In this document: piece after piece, positions 1-13,846 of the stretch
Position numbering within the stretch: the first letter of the stretch is position 1
Layout of the letters: every line of letters begins with the position of its first letter
Made by a program: the position numbers and the translations under genes
NCBI GenBank assembly: GCA_023213395.1
Contig: CM041465.1
Location: 119,729,741-119,793,740, forward strand
Source: Cycas panzhihuaensis
Taxonomy: Eukaryota > Plantae > Cycadophyta
Direction: 5' to 3'
DNA: 64,000 nucleotides
Notes under the pieces: generated by a model
Database searches by the model: none
The model's input: only the letters and a program-made list of their open reading frames with translations
Told to the model about the DNA's origin: nothing

Positions 1-608
1 CTTTTCTACTTGTTGCCATGATTGCCAGTTTATCCAAAATCTGATGTAAATTACGATTTAAAAGAGCATTCAATGTCTAAATTGCTTCATGTACTGCTTG
101 GGTAATAGGTTTGATAATATCTTTTTGGACGATGTTTCCTACCATCTCTTCAGCATTCATCACTTTGATAATTGTGTATATGTGATTTCGGTGATTACCC
201 TCCATAGTTGAAAGATTACTACTTATCAAATTGTGTGAAGTTGATGTTTAATTAGTTAATTATATGCCTTCTCTTAACTAATAGTATATCAAGTCTAAGA
301 TTATACCAGAATACTTAATAATAAAAAAAATCAATATATCTATGAGAAAATATAGATGACCATATATGAAATTGATAACTTTATAAAACATAAATAAATA
401 ATAATAACTAAATATTGTATTAAACCTTGTTTAAGGTAATAATGAAAAGAATATAACTATGTAAATTAATGAATATTTATTTTAATAGCTTAATCGTACA
501 TATATATGTGTGTGTGTAATGATACAAATAGAATATGTTATATTTAATATAATATTACTATATTTATAAAATCTTACTATATTAATATGATATGATTTGG
601 ATATATCT

Positions 609-633
609 ATATATATATATATATATATATATA
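609..633. repeat. (TA)n microsatellite
   Basis: Directly visible. Confidence 0.9.
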
Positions 634-1347
634 ATGATAAGTATGTAATAATATAATATAAGGAGTTAATTATGTTATGTGATTATTACTCCGTGAAATA
701 GGATGACTTAACTGTGAAGTGCATGACTGGAAATTAAATGATGACAAAACGAAGGTTTAGGTGGTTTCTAGATGCACAGAATGGAAGATGCATGGATTAG
801 CAGATACACGAGAAAGGAGACACATGGAATGGTGTATGGAGACAAAGGCAAAATGGAAAAATGGCAATGTGGAAAATGATTACGTAGAAAATGGCAGCAT
901 AGGCGATGCAGATAGGGTGATGAAGGACACAAATGGAATGGAACGACTACTTAATAATGGAAGACTAGGGTGAAAATGCATAGGAACAATAGAAAGACCA
1001 GACAAAATGAAGGGTGCTGACAATAGATGTAGAAGTAGACGCTAAGAAGTTTTGATGGAAATTTGAATAGATGCAAGTAGGTATGGTATGTAATAAATCC
1101 ATATCTAGGTTATGGTTATAAATGCTTATGTGTGGATATATGCAAGGTAATTTTGCATGCGATTGAATATAGATAACTATATAACTTGTCATACATTACA
1201 ATGGATAAATGATGGTGAATATGTAGAATGGCATTAAGTATAAGACATAGCGTGCTTTTGAATTTTTCTATCTTATATTAGGTGTGCAAGTCTTTGCTCA
1301 ATTCCACCCTTATTAAGTCTGATCAATAAGTAAGATCCCAAAAACTA

Positions 1348-1358
1348 CTCTGATACCA
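1348..1358 (-). promoter_or_regulatory. Primer-binding site (initiator tRNA-Met type) of a degenerate minus-strand LTR element; probable 5' LTR starts ~1361
   Basis: CTCTGATACCA is the reverse complement of TGGTATCAGAG. It is followed by an LTR-like edge 'tattatgg'. No partner LTR in the window. Confidence 0.5.
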
Positions 1359-2751
1359 ATTATTATGGACTAACTCTATAACTTGAGAGGGAAAATAAAT
1401 ATTTTGAATACACAAGAGCACTTAAGAGAATAATAGTAGAAAATAGACCAGTTGATTTGAATATAAAGTATGAAGTAATGATATACATTATATATGAGGC
1501 TGTATTAATAGGCCATATTTACCAATAGTCATAACCATTACTGGTACTCTTTTGATTTGGCATCTTTTTATTAATTATTAGTTATAATAAAATAAAAAAC
1601 ACCAAATTCTGAGATCTTAATAGAGAATTATTATAATTTAAGTATAGGAGGATGCAAAATAATTGATGAAGGGCTAAAATATAAAGGACGCATAGAAAAT
1701 CTTATACAACCTTGGGCTAACTCAAAGAGTCAGAGTCCAAACTTGTTTCTAATTGGGTTTTACTTTTTAAACATTAAAAAAATTAAAATAACTTTAAAAA
1801 TTTAAACGATAGCAACAATTCACATTGTTTTTTAGCATACATATTCACATGATGAATTTTATGGATGAAATGGATCATGGCATTAATTTTTAAGCATGGG
1901 AGCTTCGTTATGATATTTTGTATTGGATCCCCAAGGGATGTCACCCTTGCTTTATGGTTTCCTAAGGCCAAATTCAAAAGAAACTTTTGTGAGGATGCCT
2001 AAAACCTTGTGTAATATTTTTTAAATATAGTCATGCACGTGGTCCTTATCAAAGGGATTCCACATAATGTCTTGTAATTTAATATTGGCCAATAGTGATT
2101 AACGCCCAAATTTAATGACTTTCCTCCCTCTAATGTGGCTCCCTTCATAGTTTAGCAACCTCAATGTGCACCCTTTGTAGCCTGTTAATACTTTTAGGTA
2201 CAATTGGCTCTAGTGCCAAGAGAAATACCCATGACTAAAATGTGATGTCCAACACAAATCTATATTGCCCAATGCTTTCCAACGATGCCTATTATGATGC
2301 TAAGGTTCCCATTGGCCTTTGATATCTCTTTCTAAAAACCCTCAGGGTTCCAAAATATAATGTCTATAAGCTAATTTTTGATAAATATAAAAATAATATT
2401 AAATGAAGAGTGAAATAATGCATAAAACAATATAGAATAATAGGTGTTAATCCTCTTTGAGGTGATGACTCCTTTGGGATTCCACCATAACCTATGGGTT
2501 CCTCCAAAATGCCATACTACTCAAGGCAATATTCCAATCATTAATCTCATATTGACACTTTAGGCCAAAAATACTCTTAAATGGGTCTATAAAGAGACAT
2601 GTCCTCTCATATAAAAGGAGATGTATATTTATTAGATATCAATTTATAACATGTTAATAAACTTATTGACATCTCCTTGCAATTCCTCTTAATTACATTC
2701 ATGAACTACATTGTTAAGGATCTTAACCATATATGAGGCCCATTACACTTT

Positions 2752-3597
2752 TGTTGACTTCCACTTTCACCATATAAAAGTTGCACATGTCAAAGGTCAC
2801 TTTTAGCAATCTAGACCAGGGCTTGTTATCATATAGGTTGATTACACATAAATATACCACATAAGTCCATAACATAATGATAATCATAATATTATCACAA
2901 CATTTTCATCCATCACATCATCATAAATCAATCATAAGAAACATAGAAGACACATTTTCCATGTAACTTAATGATTTCATTAACCAATATCACTACCCAC
3001 ATAAATTACACTCCATCATATGGCTATTTGTTACTACAACTTCCTTATTAATGCAATATACTTATCATTTATACTAGAAAACATTCCATAAGAGAGAATA
3101 ACTTGACTTTCACATCCTTAAGAACATGACACAAGACTTAAACACTCAACTCTCACACCCAAAATGACAAGAGAATAACCTATAAATATCTTATTCATGC
3201 CTTTTGAGGAGTAATTATTACCCAAAGTCATAATTATCCCTTTTATATAATGCATATATCTTGGTAATTAATCCACTTATTAACTAATGATTATATTTAA
3301 CCATTCATATTTTAATTATTTGCCCATATATTTATATAGTTCTAGTTGTCATTGGCTTTTACTTTGCCTATTTTAGTCCATGTGTTCTAGTTTTGGTATT
3401 GTTCTATCATGAATTCCTATTTTAGAATGCACCATGTCATGTGTTCCTTGAGAGGATATTCTTATTATTAGATTTGTCATGTGTTCATTGCTCAGATGCT
3501 TGTTGCACTATTAATCTACATGCACAATATTTTGTTGAATGTTAATTACCATCCATTCCACTACATAAACACATAGGTGGTAGATTTAATCCTAACA
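2752..3597 (-). repeat. G1 3' LTR
   Basis: TG...CA ends; colinear with 16874-17724. The sequence to its right (rc GATGCTCAACCATTTTT) matches the sequence preceding the G2 3' LTR (GATGCTCAATCCTTTTT). Confidence 0.8.
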
Positions 3598-3619
3598 TTT
3601 ATTCTAGATAAAAAAAAAT

Positions 3620-4750
3620 GGTTGAGCATCCTTTCTTAAAAAGAAATTCAAAAATTCATAATGTCTTTATCCTTTTCCTCTGAGTTAGGATTGTCCCTAT
3701 AGCTTGAGATCATCTACAATCTTGATGATCTTGAGTAAATCCTTATTAATTTGGGTCAAGGTAGTAATTATCACATCTTTCTCCTTTAAATTTTCCTAAA
3801 GGGTAATAATCTCTCCCTTGTATCCTTTCTCCATTTCCTCCACCAACTGGATAATTCATTTATCTTTATCCTCTAAAGGATTTTTTTTGTTGAGAGGACA
3901 CTTCTCTTGGCTCTATGACTGTGGGAATGGGGACTCTATATCCCATTCCTTGAGTGACGATATGGATTTAATGTCTTCTACTTCTCTTCACCCTCTTTTG
4001 ATACTATTCTTCACCACCTATTTAGATTGGAGAGGGACTATTAAGTTTGTGTTAAATCCACTTCACCACTTTCATCATTTCTTTTTTCACTTGCCTTTTT
4101 ATTTCAGAATTAGGAAAAATATTTATCCATTACTTCATTGTTGGTTCCACCTAATGAATAATACACTAATTGAATAACATCACTAATAGAAATGATGTGT
4201 TCCAAGAAGGATGGGTCTAGATCTTCCTTATTTACTACCTCATATTAGTTACTATAAACTTATACCAATTAAATCATACTCTATCCTAAATCTAAGGTAA
4301 TGCTGACATCATACCATTGAAAATATAGGTATGCTTTTGTTTATACAAGAACTTAGTGATGATCACTTTGGCCACCTACTATAATCATTTATCCCTAATG
4401 TTTGCAATCTAGATGTCTCTAAATAAATCTGAGTGTTGTCATTACACAACTCTCACACCCAACTCTTACAATCTACTTTTGATCCTTTGGTGGCTACTGG
4501 GACATCCCTTCATTGGCAAGTCTAGTTATAACATAGACCTTTTCAACATCTAATTGCACTCTCCCTGTGCCCTTCTTTAGGGCCATGAAAGTTTGCTCAA
4601 TTAATTCCAAATCCTAATACATTGGCAGCATGTAAATGAAATCTCCTCAACCTTGCCTATTTAATTTTTCCTAAGAATGAAGCTAACATGCCTTGTAACT
4701 TAGCCTTTAGTTTTGATAGATGTGTCTCCTAAATACTTAAGGCATTCATT
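3620..4750 (-). pseudogene. G1 extra ORF downstream of pol (decayed)
   Basis: Manual translation PMY*DLELIEQTFMALKKGTGRVQLDVEKVYVITRLANEG aligns with G2 PLY*DPKLMKNILLELKKDIKRIRLDADIIHETTRLPKER. Confidence 0.7.
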
Positions 4751-5318
4751 TTGAGATTATAACTAAACTTGTGGAATAAATGGCAAATGGAATTCAATAA
4801 AACAAGGTGAAAATTTAAGAAATTAATACTAGAAGGTTTAAAACCTAAATTTATCCCTTTACTAGGATGAACTATCATTGTGCAATGTTGTAATTATTTT
4901 GTGCATTTGTTGTTGAGGACACATGGTTTCCTAGATTCAATCTTATTGGAATCTTTTTTAAATATATATTTTATAGGGTTTCTCCTTTGTTGGATGAGAA
5001 AAAATATGATACTATTCACTTTAAGTTCCATGCATTTTAGTGTATATTCCTTTATTAGAAAATAAGCAGGAACACAATATAAAATTTTACTATGTAGTCT
5101 TCTAGCTTTGTGTGTTTCCATTCCCATTTCATTTCTTGAATACATAATGTATTTCAAGGGAATGATAACTAAAATCTTGTATTTTTTTATTTTGTCCAAT
5201 AATATATTATTTTTTCTTAATATTTTCTTTGTGTGTGTGTGTGTATCCTATTTCTTTTTTTGTTAATATATTCCTTTTAAAACTAATTTTTAATAAACTT
5301 TTTTCTAAATTTTTAAAT

Positions 5319-5325
<7 letters not shown>

Positions 5326-5412
<87 letters not shown>
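5326..5412. repeat. (TA)n microsatellite, ~43 units
   Basis: Directly visible. Confidence 0.95.
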
Positions 5413-5416
<4 letters not shown>

Positions 5417-5639
5417 TTCTTTTTTTAATGATTTGTTATATACTTTTGTCCATGGTTTTGCTTAGATATATGATATTTTGAGTTACGATTTTTTTGCCTT
5501 TTTAATTTTTTTTTTTATAATATTTTTGAGTTTACATGTTGAGGTAGAATTGTATCCTTCTCACCAAGACAACCTTAGTTATCTACAACTTCAAGTAACA
5601 TGTTATGGTATATCCAGTTGATTCTTGCTAGAATAATAC

Positions 5640-5729
5640 CTTAATGGTGGTAGGGTTTTAACTAGCTACCGTTCACTAGCATCAACAACTATAATACGCC
5701 AATTTCCCTCAACTAGATAGAACCATTAA

Positions 5730-5773
<44 letters not shown>

Positions 5774-7297
5774 TTATAATCACCACATCTCTAGTTTTGC
5801 TAATTTAGTTCAAAATTTATTATGATAAAGCAACACCTAGGCATTTTGTGGGGGTCATGCTGCACCTTTTTTGCTTGGTCTTTTATATTTCCTACAACCA
5901 TTCTAAATTCTCTTGATCTCTTTATATCTATAATCAATTGCCAGCCTTTCACAAAAATGGCTCGGATATCATCCATTCAATGTAAGTGCTACCCTCAAAC
6001 TTAAAATATAGAATTTAATAGGAATGATAGCTTCAATACTATATACTAGTTTGAATGGAGTTTGGAAGATTACTCATTTATATGTGGTGTGAAATGCCTA
6101 TAATGCTGAAGGTAGTTTCTCTACCTAATAAAATCTTCCCGCATCACATATTTTCCTTAAGTAATTCTTGATGATTTTGTTATAACTCTTTGCTTGGCCA
6201 TTAACTCATAGATAGTATGGTTTTGATTTATAATAGATAATAAAAAATATGGTTGTTAATTCCTTGATAACTTCACTTAAAAAATATGACCCCTGATCAC
6301 TTATTAATTTGAGAGGGCAACCAAAACTCATGATAATTGCTTCATACAAAAATCTCATTATGTTGGTTAAATTTGCTCTCTGAAATGGTCACGATTCTAC
6401 CCATTTAGTTGTGTAATCAATACCCACTAGAATATATCTTACTTAGGAATAATAGGTTGTTGGTTAAATGGGATCCACAAAATCTAAGTCCCTTTTTTTA
6501 AATGGTACTAATCATAATACTAGGCTGAGTGGATGAAAATCATAGCATCGAGGTTTTCCCATCCTTTAGCATCGGTCATATTTCTTGACCTATTATTGAA
6601 TGCTTTCTAAAAGTATATACCACAAAAAACCAATAGTTAAAATATTTCTTTATATATTCTTCATCCCCATGTGCCCTCGTAGCATATCCTCATGAGCTTG
6701 GGAAATAATTTAGTTGATCTTATGAGGTATAATGTAACATAATACATCAACTAGCCCAAGTTAAAACAATTCCCTATAGACTAGTTGATAGGGCTCTACT
6801 TTTTAAACTAAAATTTTCCTTTTAGTTTTATCCATATATGGTAGAATTTCATTAGTTACTAGGAATTCTAGAATATCCTTATACTATTCTACAAGAACAA
6901 CTTCTATATTGAATAATGTTGCATCGAAAAAATAATCTTTTACCCTAATGGGATACTCTCTACATTCTATTCATGATAGTTGGTTAAGAAATGTATGCCT
7001 TACTTAATTTGACCACAGTTTGAAAAGTAAACTCTTAGAAAGGCATTAACCATTGATTAATGTGACCCTTCAGTAATGGTTTATTAATGAAGTATATTAG
7101 GTCTTGATGGTCTATGTAAAAGATAAAAAAGTTAGAAGATAGTATCAAAATTTTTTATAATATAATATAGAGACCATCCTAAGTCCTTCCCTTTTTGTAG
7201 TTATGTAATTTTACTCTACTTTAGTTATTTGTTTATTAGTAAAATAGATAGAGCAATCTATGTTATTCTCTCTAAATTATGCTAACACACACTTGAC
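5640..7297 (-). pseudogene. G1 pol remnant (RNase H end and integrase)
   Basis: Minus-strand motifs FFIFYIDHQ (~7105-7135), GLDFVDPI (~6465-6495) and LVNGS*LKPYH (~5645-5680). Many stops. Confidence 0.8.
5731..5772. repeat. (TA)n(TG)n compound microsatellite within decayed integrase
   Basis: Directly visible. Confidence 0.9.
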
Positions 7298-9400
7298 ATG
7301 TACATCATGGGAGGAGAGGACATATAACATGACTTAATAATAGATATAAAGGGCAAAGGGAACATGGAATGAGAAGGGCACAAATAAAAGCCTCCTATGG
7401 GACATCCATGTGTCACGTGGATGTGAGCGTAGGGCCTAAAAGAAATTGTTTCCTAGGCTAGGAGGGGCAATATGCAAATGTATATAATGTAACCAAAGGG
7501 AAAAAATGAGGGTAAGCTAAAAAGAAAGTATGAAAATGTCTATCTAATCAAATAATAATACAAGTAGGCATATGAAAAAATGATGCATGAAAATAACAAA
7601 AGAGTAAACTACTAACCAACTAATAGTTTTAAGATAATATCAATATATCTATCTAGTAAGCATTCTTAGAAGGACCAAACAATACTCAAATGGCCCTAAG
7701 AGTATGAGAGTATCACTGGGGCATACATTTCTAGAAAATAACCACTTCTATGTGCCTGAATCTAATACAACTAAACCCTCTAAGTATGGATTGACCTATC
7801 TTATCTTGACTTCTAAATGAACTTAAATTAGCAAACTCAATGTAGAAGAATAAAGGAAAAGGCTACCCAAAGTATAAGGTATAAAAGATTCAAGACCATA
7901 GGATATATCCACTTATGGATAAGTCAATAGGCACTCATTAATACTAGTAACCCATCTCACACAAATGTAAGGCAGTTTGACAGTGCTCGTATCCAACTCT
8001 AATAAACCTCATGCTCTACAAGGTGAAATAAAAAGAGGTTACCATTATTAACATAACTAACAAATCCCATTCAACTATCAACACCTTATGTATTAGCACA
8101 TAGTAGAGATAAATTCCCTTCACTAGCATATTCAAAATATAAATAAAAAAATAACTACTTAAAAGCATAAGTCCACCACTCTCATTCGGTAATAAAATCT
8201 AAGTAAAGAGAAAATAGACCCCCTTTCTTTGATATATAACATACTCTATCCCTAAAAGAGACTAACGAAGCAAAGAGCAAAGCTAACAAAGCAATTAAAT
8301 ACTTTTAACTTCAAATGAAGGGAGCAAATAAATCTAGCCTAAAAGATGCCTTTTGGCCCTACGGGTTTGGGAACTCACAACAAATATGAATCTTTACTTC
8401 GCATTAACCTTGTATAAAATGAAATATATAATAAGTAAACATGCAATACAATGTTCTTTGACTCTTTTTATTTGACTTTTTAATGCTCCTTTTTATTTAA
8501 AAATCAAACTAATTACGTATAAGATATGAGGAGAAATAAGCAGGCATAACAAACAAACAAATCAAATCCTTTTATTTTAAGTTTTTATTTTTCAAATAGA
8601 AAAACAAAATTGAAAGATATAGTTTTGAACCCTTTTCAATTTTGAAATGAAATCTAAGGTAAGGGTTTTGAATGAAAAACCTAGGATTTACTCCAAATAT
8701 TTTCACAAACCTCTCAAGAATGTAAAGCCCCATAATGTCCACATTGCTAAACAACTCAAAACCAAGTTAGTTACATGCATTTAATTCATAAATTTTCTAG
8801 GAAAAATTTGGTAACATTTTTACTTATCGGATGGATTTATGATGAAAAAATGTTTAGTTAATAATTGAAAAAGCTTAAAAACAAATTTAAAACATATTTT
8901 CTTAGGTCATACCTTTTGATGATTATGAGGAAAATCAAGCAACACTTTGACTGTGTAATAAGCACTTTTAAAATTGGTAGGAAGAAGAATGAGAGAAAGA
9001 TTGGAATGGTTCCAACTGGTAATTTTTCACAAACTTATAATAAAGAGCCTTAGAAAGAAGCACAAAAGAGCAACCAATAGATTTTTATTATTAGCTTTAT
9101 TTAACAAAAGATTACAAGAGGGTAAAGGACACTTGGAAGATCACCAAAATGGACACCAAATTCATACAAGGTATGGTATTATAAATGTAATAAAAAACAT
9201 AAAAACTCTCTTTACAAAGACTTAGCCTTAAATAGACAAAAATGATTGCTTCCTATAAAATCCTATTAGTGGGGCATTCGACCTTTAATCCTATTGGTCG
9301 ATTTATATGACTTGCATACACATATTAATAGTTAACATTAACCTTTGTCTATCTTATTCATATGTATAGATACTTATATTTTGCTATTTGAAAGAGTAAT

Positions 9401-12400
9401 GTAACAAGTCCCCCTCTCTAAGACATTGAATCCTTGAAGCATAGAAGATGTGAATGCTACTTGGCAAAATTGACTAATTTCCATGTTACTTCATCAGGTT
9501 CATAATTGGCCCATTATACTAGATACTTAGAAATTGTCCTATTTTGGAGACAACACTATCAATTATCTAAGATAGATTTAGGAGGAACTATGAGGAATTA
9601 TTCTTAATTAAGGTTTTCGAGGGTAGACTAAGGAACAATAGTCTTTCTAAGGTGATTCTTAAAATAGAAAACATGGAAGATATTATGACTCTTGGTATCA
9701 AGGGGGAGTTAATGCATTACATAACCTTCTAGGCACCATAGTGCCAAGGGTTAAGCTTATGAGTTTTCTTAGTGCAAAGTGATTATTATTTATATAGTTG
9801 AAGGTAAAGGAAGACTAAATCACTAATAGAAAATGATTGACTAGAATAGTGGTAGTCCATTAATTACTTTATGTAATTTTAGGCAAAGGCTAGTTTTTTA
9901 CTGAGAGTATATTAGATTTAGTCCATGTCCTGCAATTTTTGTTAGACCCCAACAATTCAAAGGTTGGTAGGTAATATATGGTGAGGTGGAGGGGGATAAC
10001 CATACAGGGTCATAAATGGGGCCATTCTATTAGTATAATGATAAGATAAATTGTACTAATATTTTACTAGGGCTAATCAAGAGGTCCATCAATTCTAATG
10101 TTCTAAGGCAAAGCAATGTAAACATGTCTCTAAGGTTTTGTTAAGAACTTTAGATTGACCATTTATTTATGGATGGTATAATGAACTCATATTAAAAGAA
10201 TTGCTTGATACATGAAAGAGCTCTTACCAAAATGAACTCATGAATTTAGGATCTTTATTAGACACAATTATAAAAGGTAATTTATGTAGGCAAAAGATGG
10301 ATTAGATGTACAAGTCAATTAAACATGGGGATTTATAGGTTGTAAGAATCAATAGGAAATATACATATTTGGTTAATTAATAAATGACTATCCAGATAGA
10401 ATCATAACCAATAAATGATGGTAAATAAATAATGAAGTCCATAGTAATATCTTTCCAATTTCCTTGAGGGATTTATAAGAGTTGGAGAAGGCTTGATTGA
10501 ACCTTGGTATCTACCTTATTACATTGGTAAATGTCATATTTTGATATATATATAAGGATTGATACCTTTATATAAGACCAATAAAAATTTGATTAAATAT
10601 AATGGTAAGTTTTGTCGAACCTTGAATACTTATCTAAAGGAATAGTATGATATTCTGACAAGATACAAAGAATAAAAGTGGATATTGGGTGAATAAAAAT
10701 ATGATTATGATAAAGGAGGTGATTGTTATGTAGGGTCCAATCCTTATGGTTTTGAACCTTTCTATCCATAAGGTAAAGTCAGATTAAGCATGATTATCAT
10801 TTGTTAGCTATTGCAACAATAATGGTTAGGGTGTGGAAATGGATTGGAATATGGGTTTGGAGAGAAAGTGAGAGAGAGCATTTACAACCATGTTGTCTTT
10901 TGCTTTTTTATAAGAGATTATGAAGTCAAATACTTATAATTAGTTGATCTATTTTGCTCACTTTTTTGACAAAATAGGTTGGTTTAAAAAGCAATGGAGG
11001 CTATGATGGTCAGTGAGGATGGTGAATTTTAATCCAATTAGATATTGATACCACTTGTTTATAACATACAAAATGGGTTTCATTTCCTTTTGATATATTG
11101 ATAGCTGATATTCATGATCTTTGAGTTTTTGACTTTTGGATATAATTGGATGGAAATTTTATAAAACAACAACTCTTAACCTTGCTCTAGAGGCATCATA
11201 TTCTAGCTAGAATGGTTAGGAAACATTGAGGGTAGCAAGGATTGGAGTGGTAGATATGATCATCTTTAAATAATTTAACACATCCTTAACACTTAGTGGC
11301 CATTAAAAAAGATCCTTGTAGAGTAGATTAGTTAAGGAGGCTATGATGGAGGTATAGTTTCTAATAAGCTAATGATAGAAACTAATTAGTCTAAAGAAAG
11401 TATACTGTTATATTAAATTCTTTGGGATAGGCCAAATACTGATGATGAAGATTTTATTAGGGTTGGCACATACTCCTTGTAATAAAATGATGTAACCTAA
11501 GTATTGTAATTCAGTCTTGCCAAATTCACATTTTAACATTTGGTGTATAGTTGATTATAGGCAAGTATTTGAAGGGGGAGTTCTAAATGTTGAAGATGTA
11601 GTGATATGTTAGAGCTATAAATAAGTATATCATCAAAGGACACAATAATCAATTTACAAAGATGGTATGCAAACATCTTATTCGTTAAGGCTTGAAAAGT
11701 AATTGGAGTACTACAAGGCCAAATGGCATGGTTTGGAACTTGTAATGGCCATGGTGTGTTTAGAAGGTCATTTCATATCTATTTTTAGAAGCAATAGAAA
11801 TTTGATAATATCTTAGTTAAAGGTCCAATTTAGAGAAAATTATAGCCCCATAAATTTCATCCAACATATTATCTATTTGTGGGGTTAAAAATTTTATTCT
11901 TAATGATAAGTTTATTCAGCTCTTGATAGTTAACACAAAATTAAAAGGAGCCATCTTTCTTCTAAATGAGAATGATGGGGGCCATGTAAAAGGCTTTTAC
12001 TAAGTTGCATTATTCCCATGTCAATTAGCTCATTGGTAATATAATTAAATTTATCTTTTTGGAAATAAGAATTTTGATAAGGGCATACACTACTAGGGTT
12101 GTGTGAATTTTAGAGTTAGATGGTATGGTGAAAATTATGATCTGGTAGAGGGTTACTAGGAAGGGAGACAAAAACTAATTGATATGTGATAAGGATGGTT
12201 TTGATGTCTAGGTGAATATCTAACTAAGGTTGAATATTACTAAGACATACTATATACCTGATGCTACTATTCAATTACTTGCTCATTTATTTAGGAGAAA
12301 CAAGCTTGTTAAGGGATGATTGGAGACCATAAAATTTATGTGTTTGGCCAAAATGGTCTTTGAATAATATGAAAGGATTGTTGAGAGAGTTATTGGTGTT

Positions 12401-12480
12401 GTAGGTGCCAAGTATTTAAATCCACTAAAACACTAAATCCTCCAATAAATAAAGCATAGAAATCAAATATATCTCATTGA
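9401..12480 (-). mobile_element. Degenerate chromovirus (Ty3/gypsy with chromodomain): PR-RT-RH-INT-CHD remnant, PPT and start of the 3' LTR
   Basis: RT IVSFDDILI (~11620-11647), HNIFHV (~9670-9690), chromodomain RTISKYLV*WANYEPDEVTW (9481-9540). PPT AGAGAGGGGG lies just before TGTTAC at 9406. The LTR extends left, far end uncertain. Confidence 0.8.
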
Positions 12481-12915
12481 TTTATTTATTTAATCATAGG
12501 TGTATTTATTTGTTAAATAAGATTATATCTAGTTATTATATTTCTAGTTGAGTTTGATATGATTTTGGTGAATTAGATTGCTTATATTGATCATGATAGA
12601 TGCTTGGATGATGATGTATGAATGATGAGATGTTCCATGTGCTGATGAATAAAACTATAACAACAAATCTTTCCTTATTTTTCACTCTAAACCAATTTTC
12701 TTTGTGTTTTACCTCTTTTGAGTCTTTTCCTCTTGATTTTTACACTTCAATTATTAATTTATGATGTTTTTTGGGCCTTGTTAATAGTTCAACACCTTTT
12801 TTAGGCTATTTTTGTCTTCAATGAAGTCTTTTTTTTTTTTGGCTATGCTTCAGGCTTCTTTAATGCTTTTATGTATTTTCTACATTTTTTATTTCACCAC
12901 TTTTTTAGTTTTACC

Positions 12916-13029
12916 AAAAATGTGATTTTATTTACAAAATATGATCGATCCTATTTTATGAATAAAATCACATTTTTTATCCTTCATAAAATATGACTGA
13001 TCACATTTTATAGAGAAAATCATATTTTT
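12916..13029. repeat. 62-bp near-perfect palindrome plus a second degenerate copy
   Basis: AAAAATGTGATTTTATTTACAAAATATGATC|GATCCTATTTTATGAATAAAATCACATTTTT, 3 mismatches. Confidence 0.8.
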
Positions 13030-13787
13030 TATTGTGCCACATGCAAAAATTTTTAGTTAAGCATGTTATTTTCCTTCTGACTCCATTAACCACTACTTAG
13101 ATTTCATGTTAGTGCCTCCTCCTTTGCCTAGAAACCCCCTAGACTCTTCAGAATTGATAGTTGTTGCATCTTTAGCAAGAGAGAACTAGAAAAAGAAAAC
13201 AAATTTAAGAGAAAGAGACTTGGAGACTTAGAAAATCTTATTTTATGTGATTTATTAGAATACTTAACTCCTATAAAGTCTTGATTTGAGCTCTAAATCT
13301 CTTGTCAGAGGTTTGGTAATGTTATCTATTACTCTTTTGCTTGTGTTTTTGTGAATTGATCATTATATTATGCCACTTTTATGCTATCCTTATCATCTTG
13401 ATGCATGCTTTTGTTATGTTCTTTGGTTTCTTTAGAACTATCTTGGCTAAAAGGTTAGTGCTTTGTAGGACTTATAAAAGATAACTGAGATGAAGAGAGA
13501 TCTTCCTTTTGACCATTATTCTATAGCTCCTACCTCCCATTCTTCAGAGTAGTCACCTTTTCCAAGAGATTTAATCTCATCCTTCTTGATTTGGTGGTGC
13601 TCTTGTTGCTAAATCTTTATAATTTTTCCTTTAGTTGCTTATTTTTGAAAAAGAAAATTGGTAAAAGATTGAAAAGAAAAGAAAGATTACTATCTTGAGG
13701 TATGACTATGACATCTTTCATTGAGAAATCTTGTGGTTAATTCATGTGGCTTCCTTGATTCTCCTTTTTCCTTTCTTCTTAGAAAGG

Positions 13788-13789
<2 letters not shown>

Positions 13790-13842
<53 letters not shown>
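13790..13842. repeat. (TA)n microsatellite
   Basis: Directly visible. Confidence 0.95.

Positions 13843-13846
<4 letters not shown>

Noticed and set aside
1780-2751. Possible decayed pol on the minus strand
   Set aside because: No diagnostic motif could be read with confidence.
5229-5465. 78-aa ORF with a YI repeat
   Set aside because: Artefact of the (TA)n microsatellite.
7298-8950. Possible LTR insertion starting TGTACATC, with an ATCCATGTG-T-CACGTGGAT dyad
   Set aside because: No partner LTR, PBS, PPT or TSD could be identified; left unclassified.
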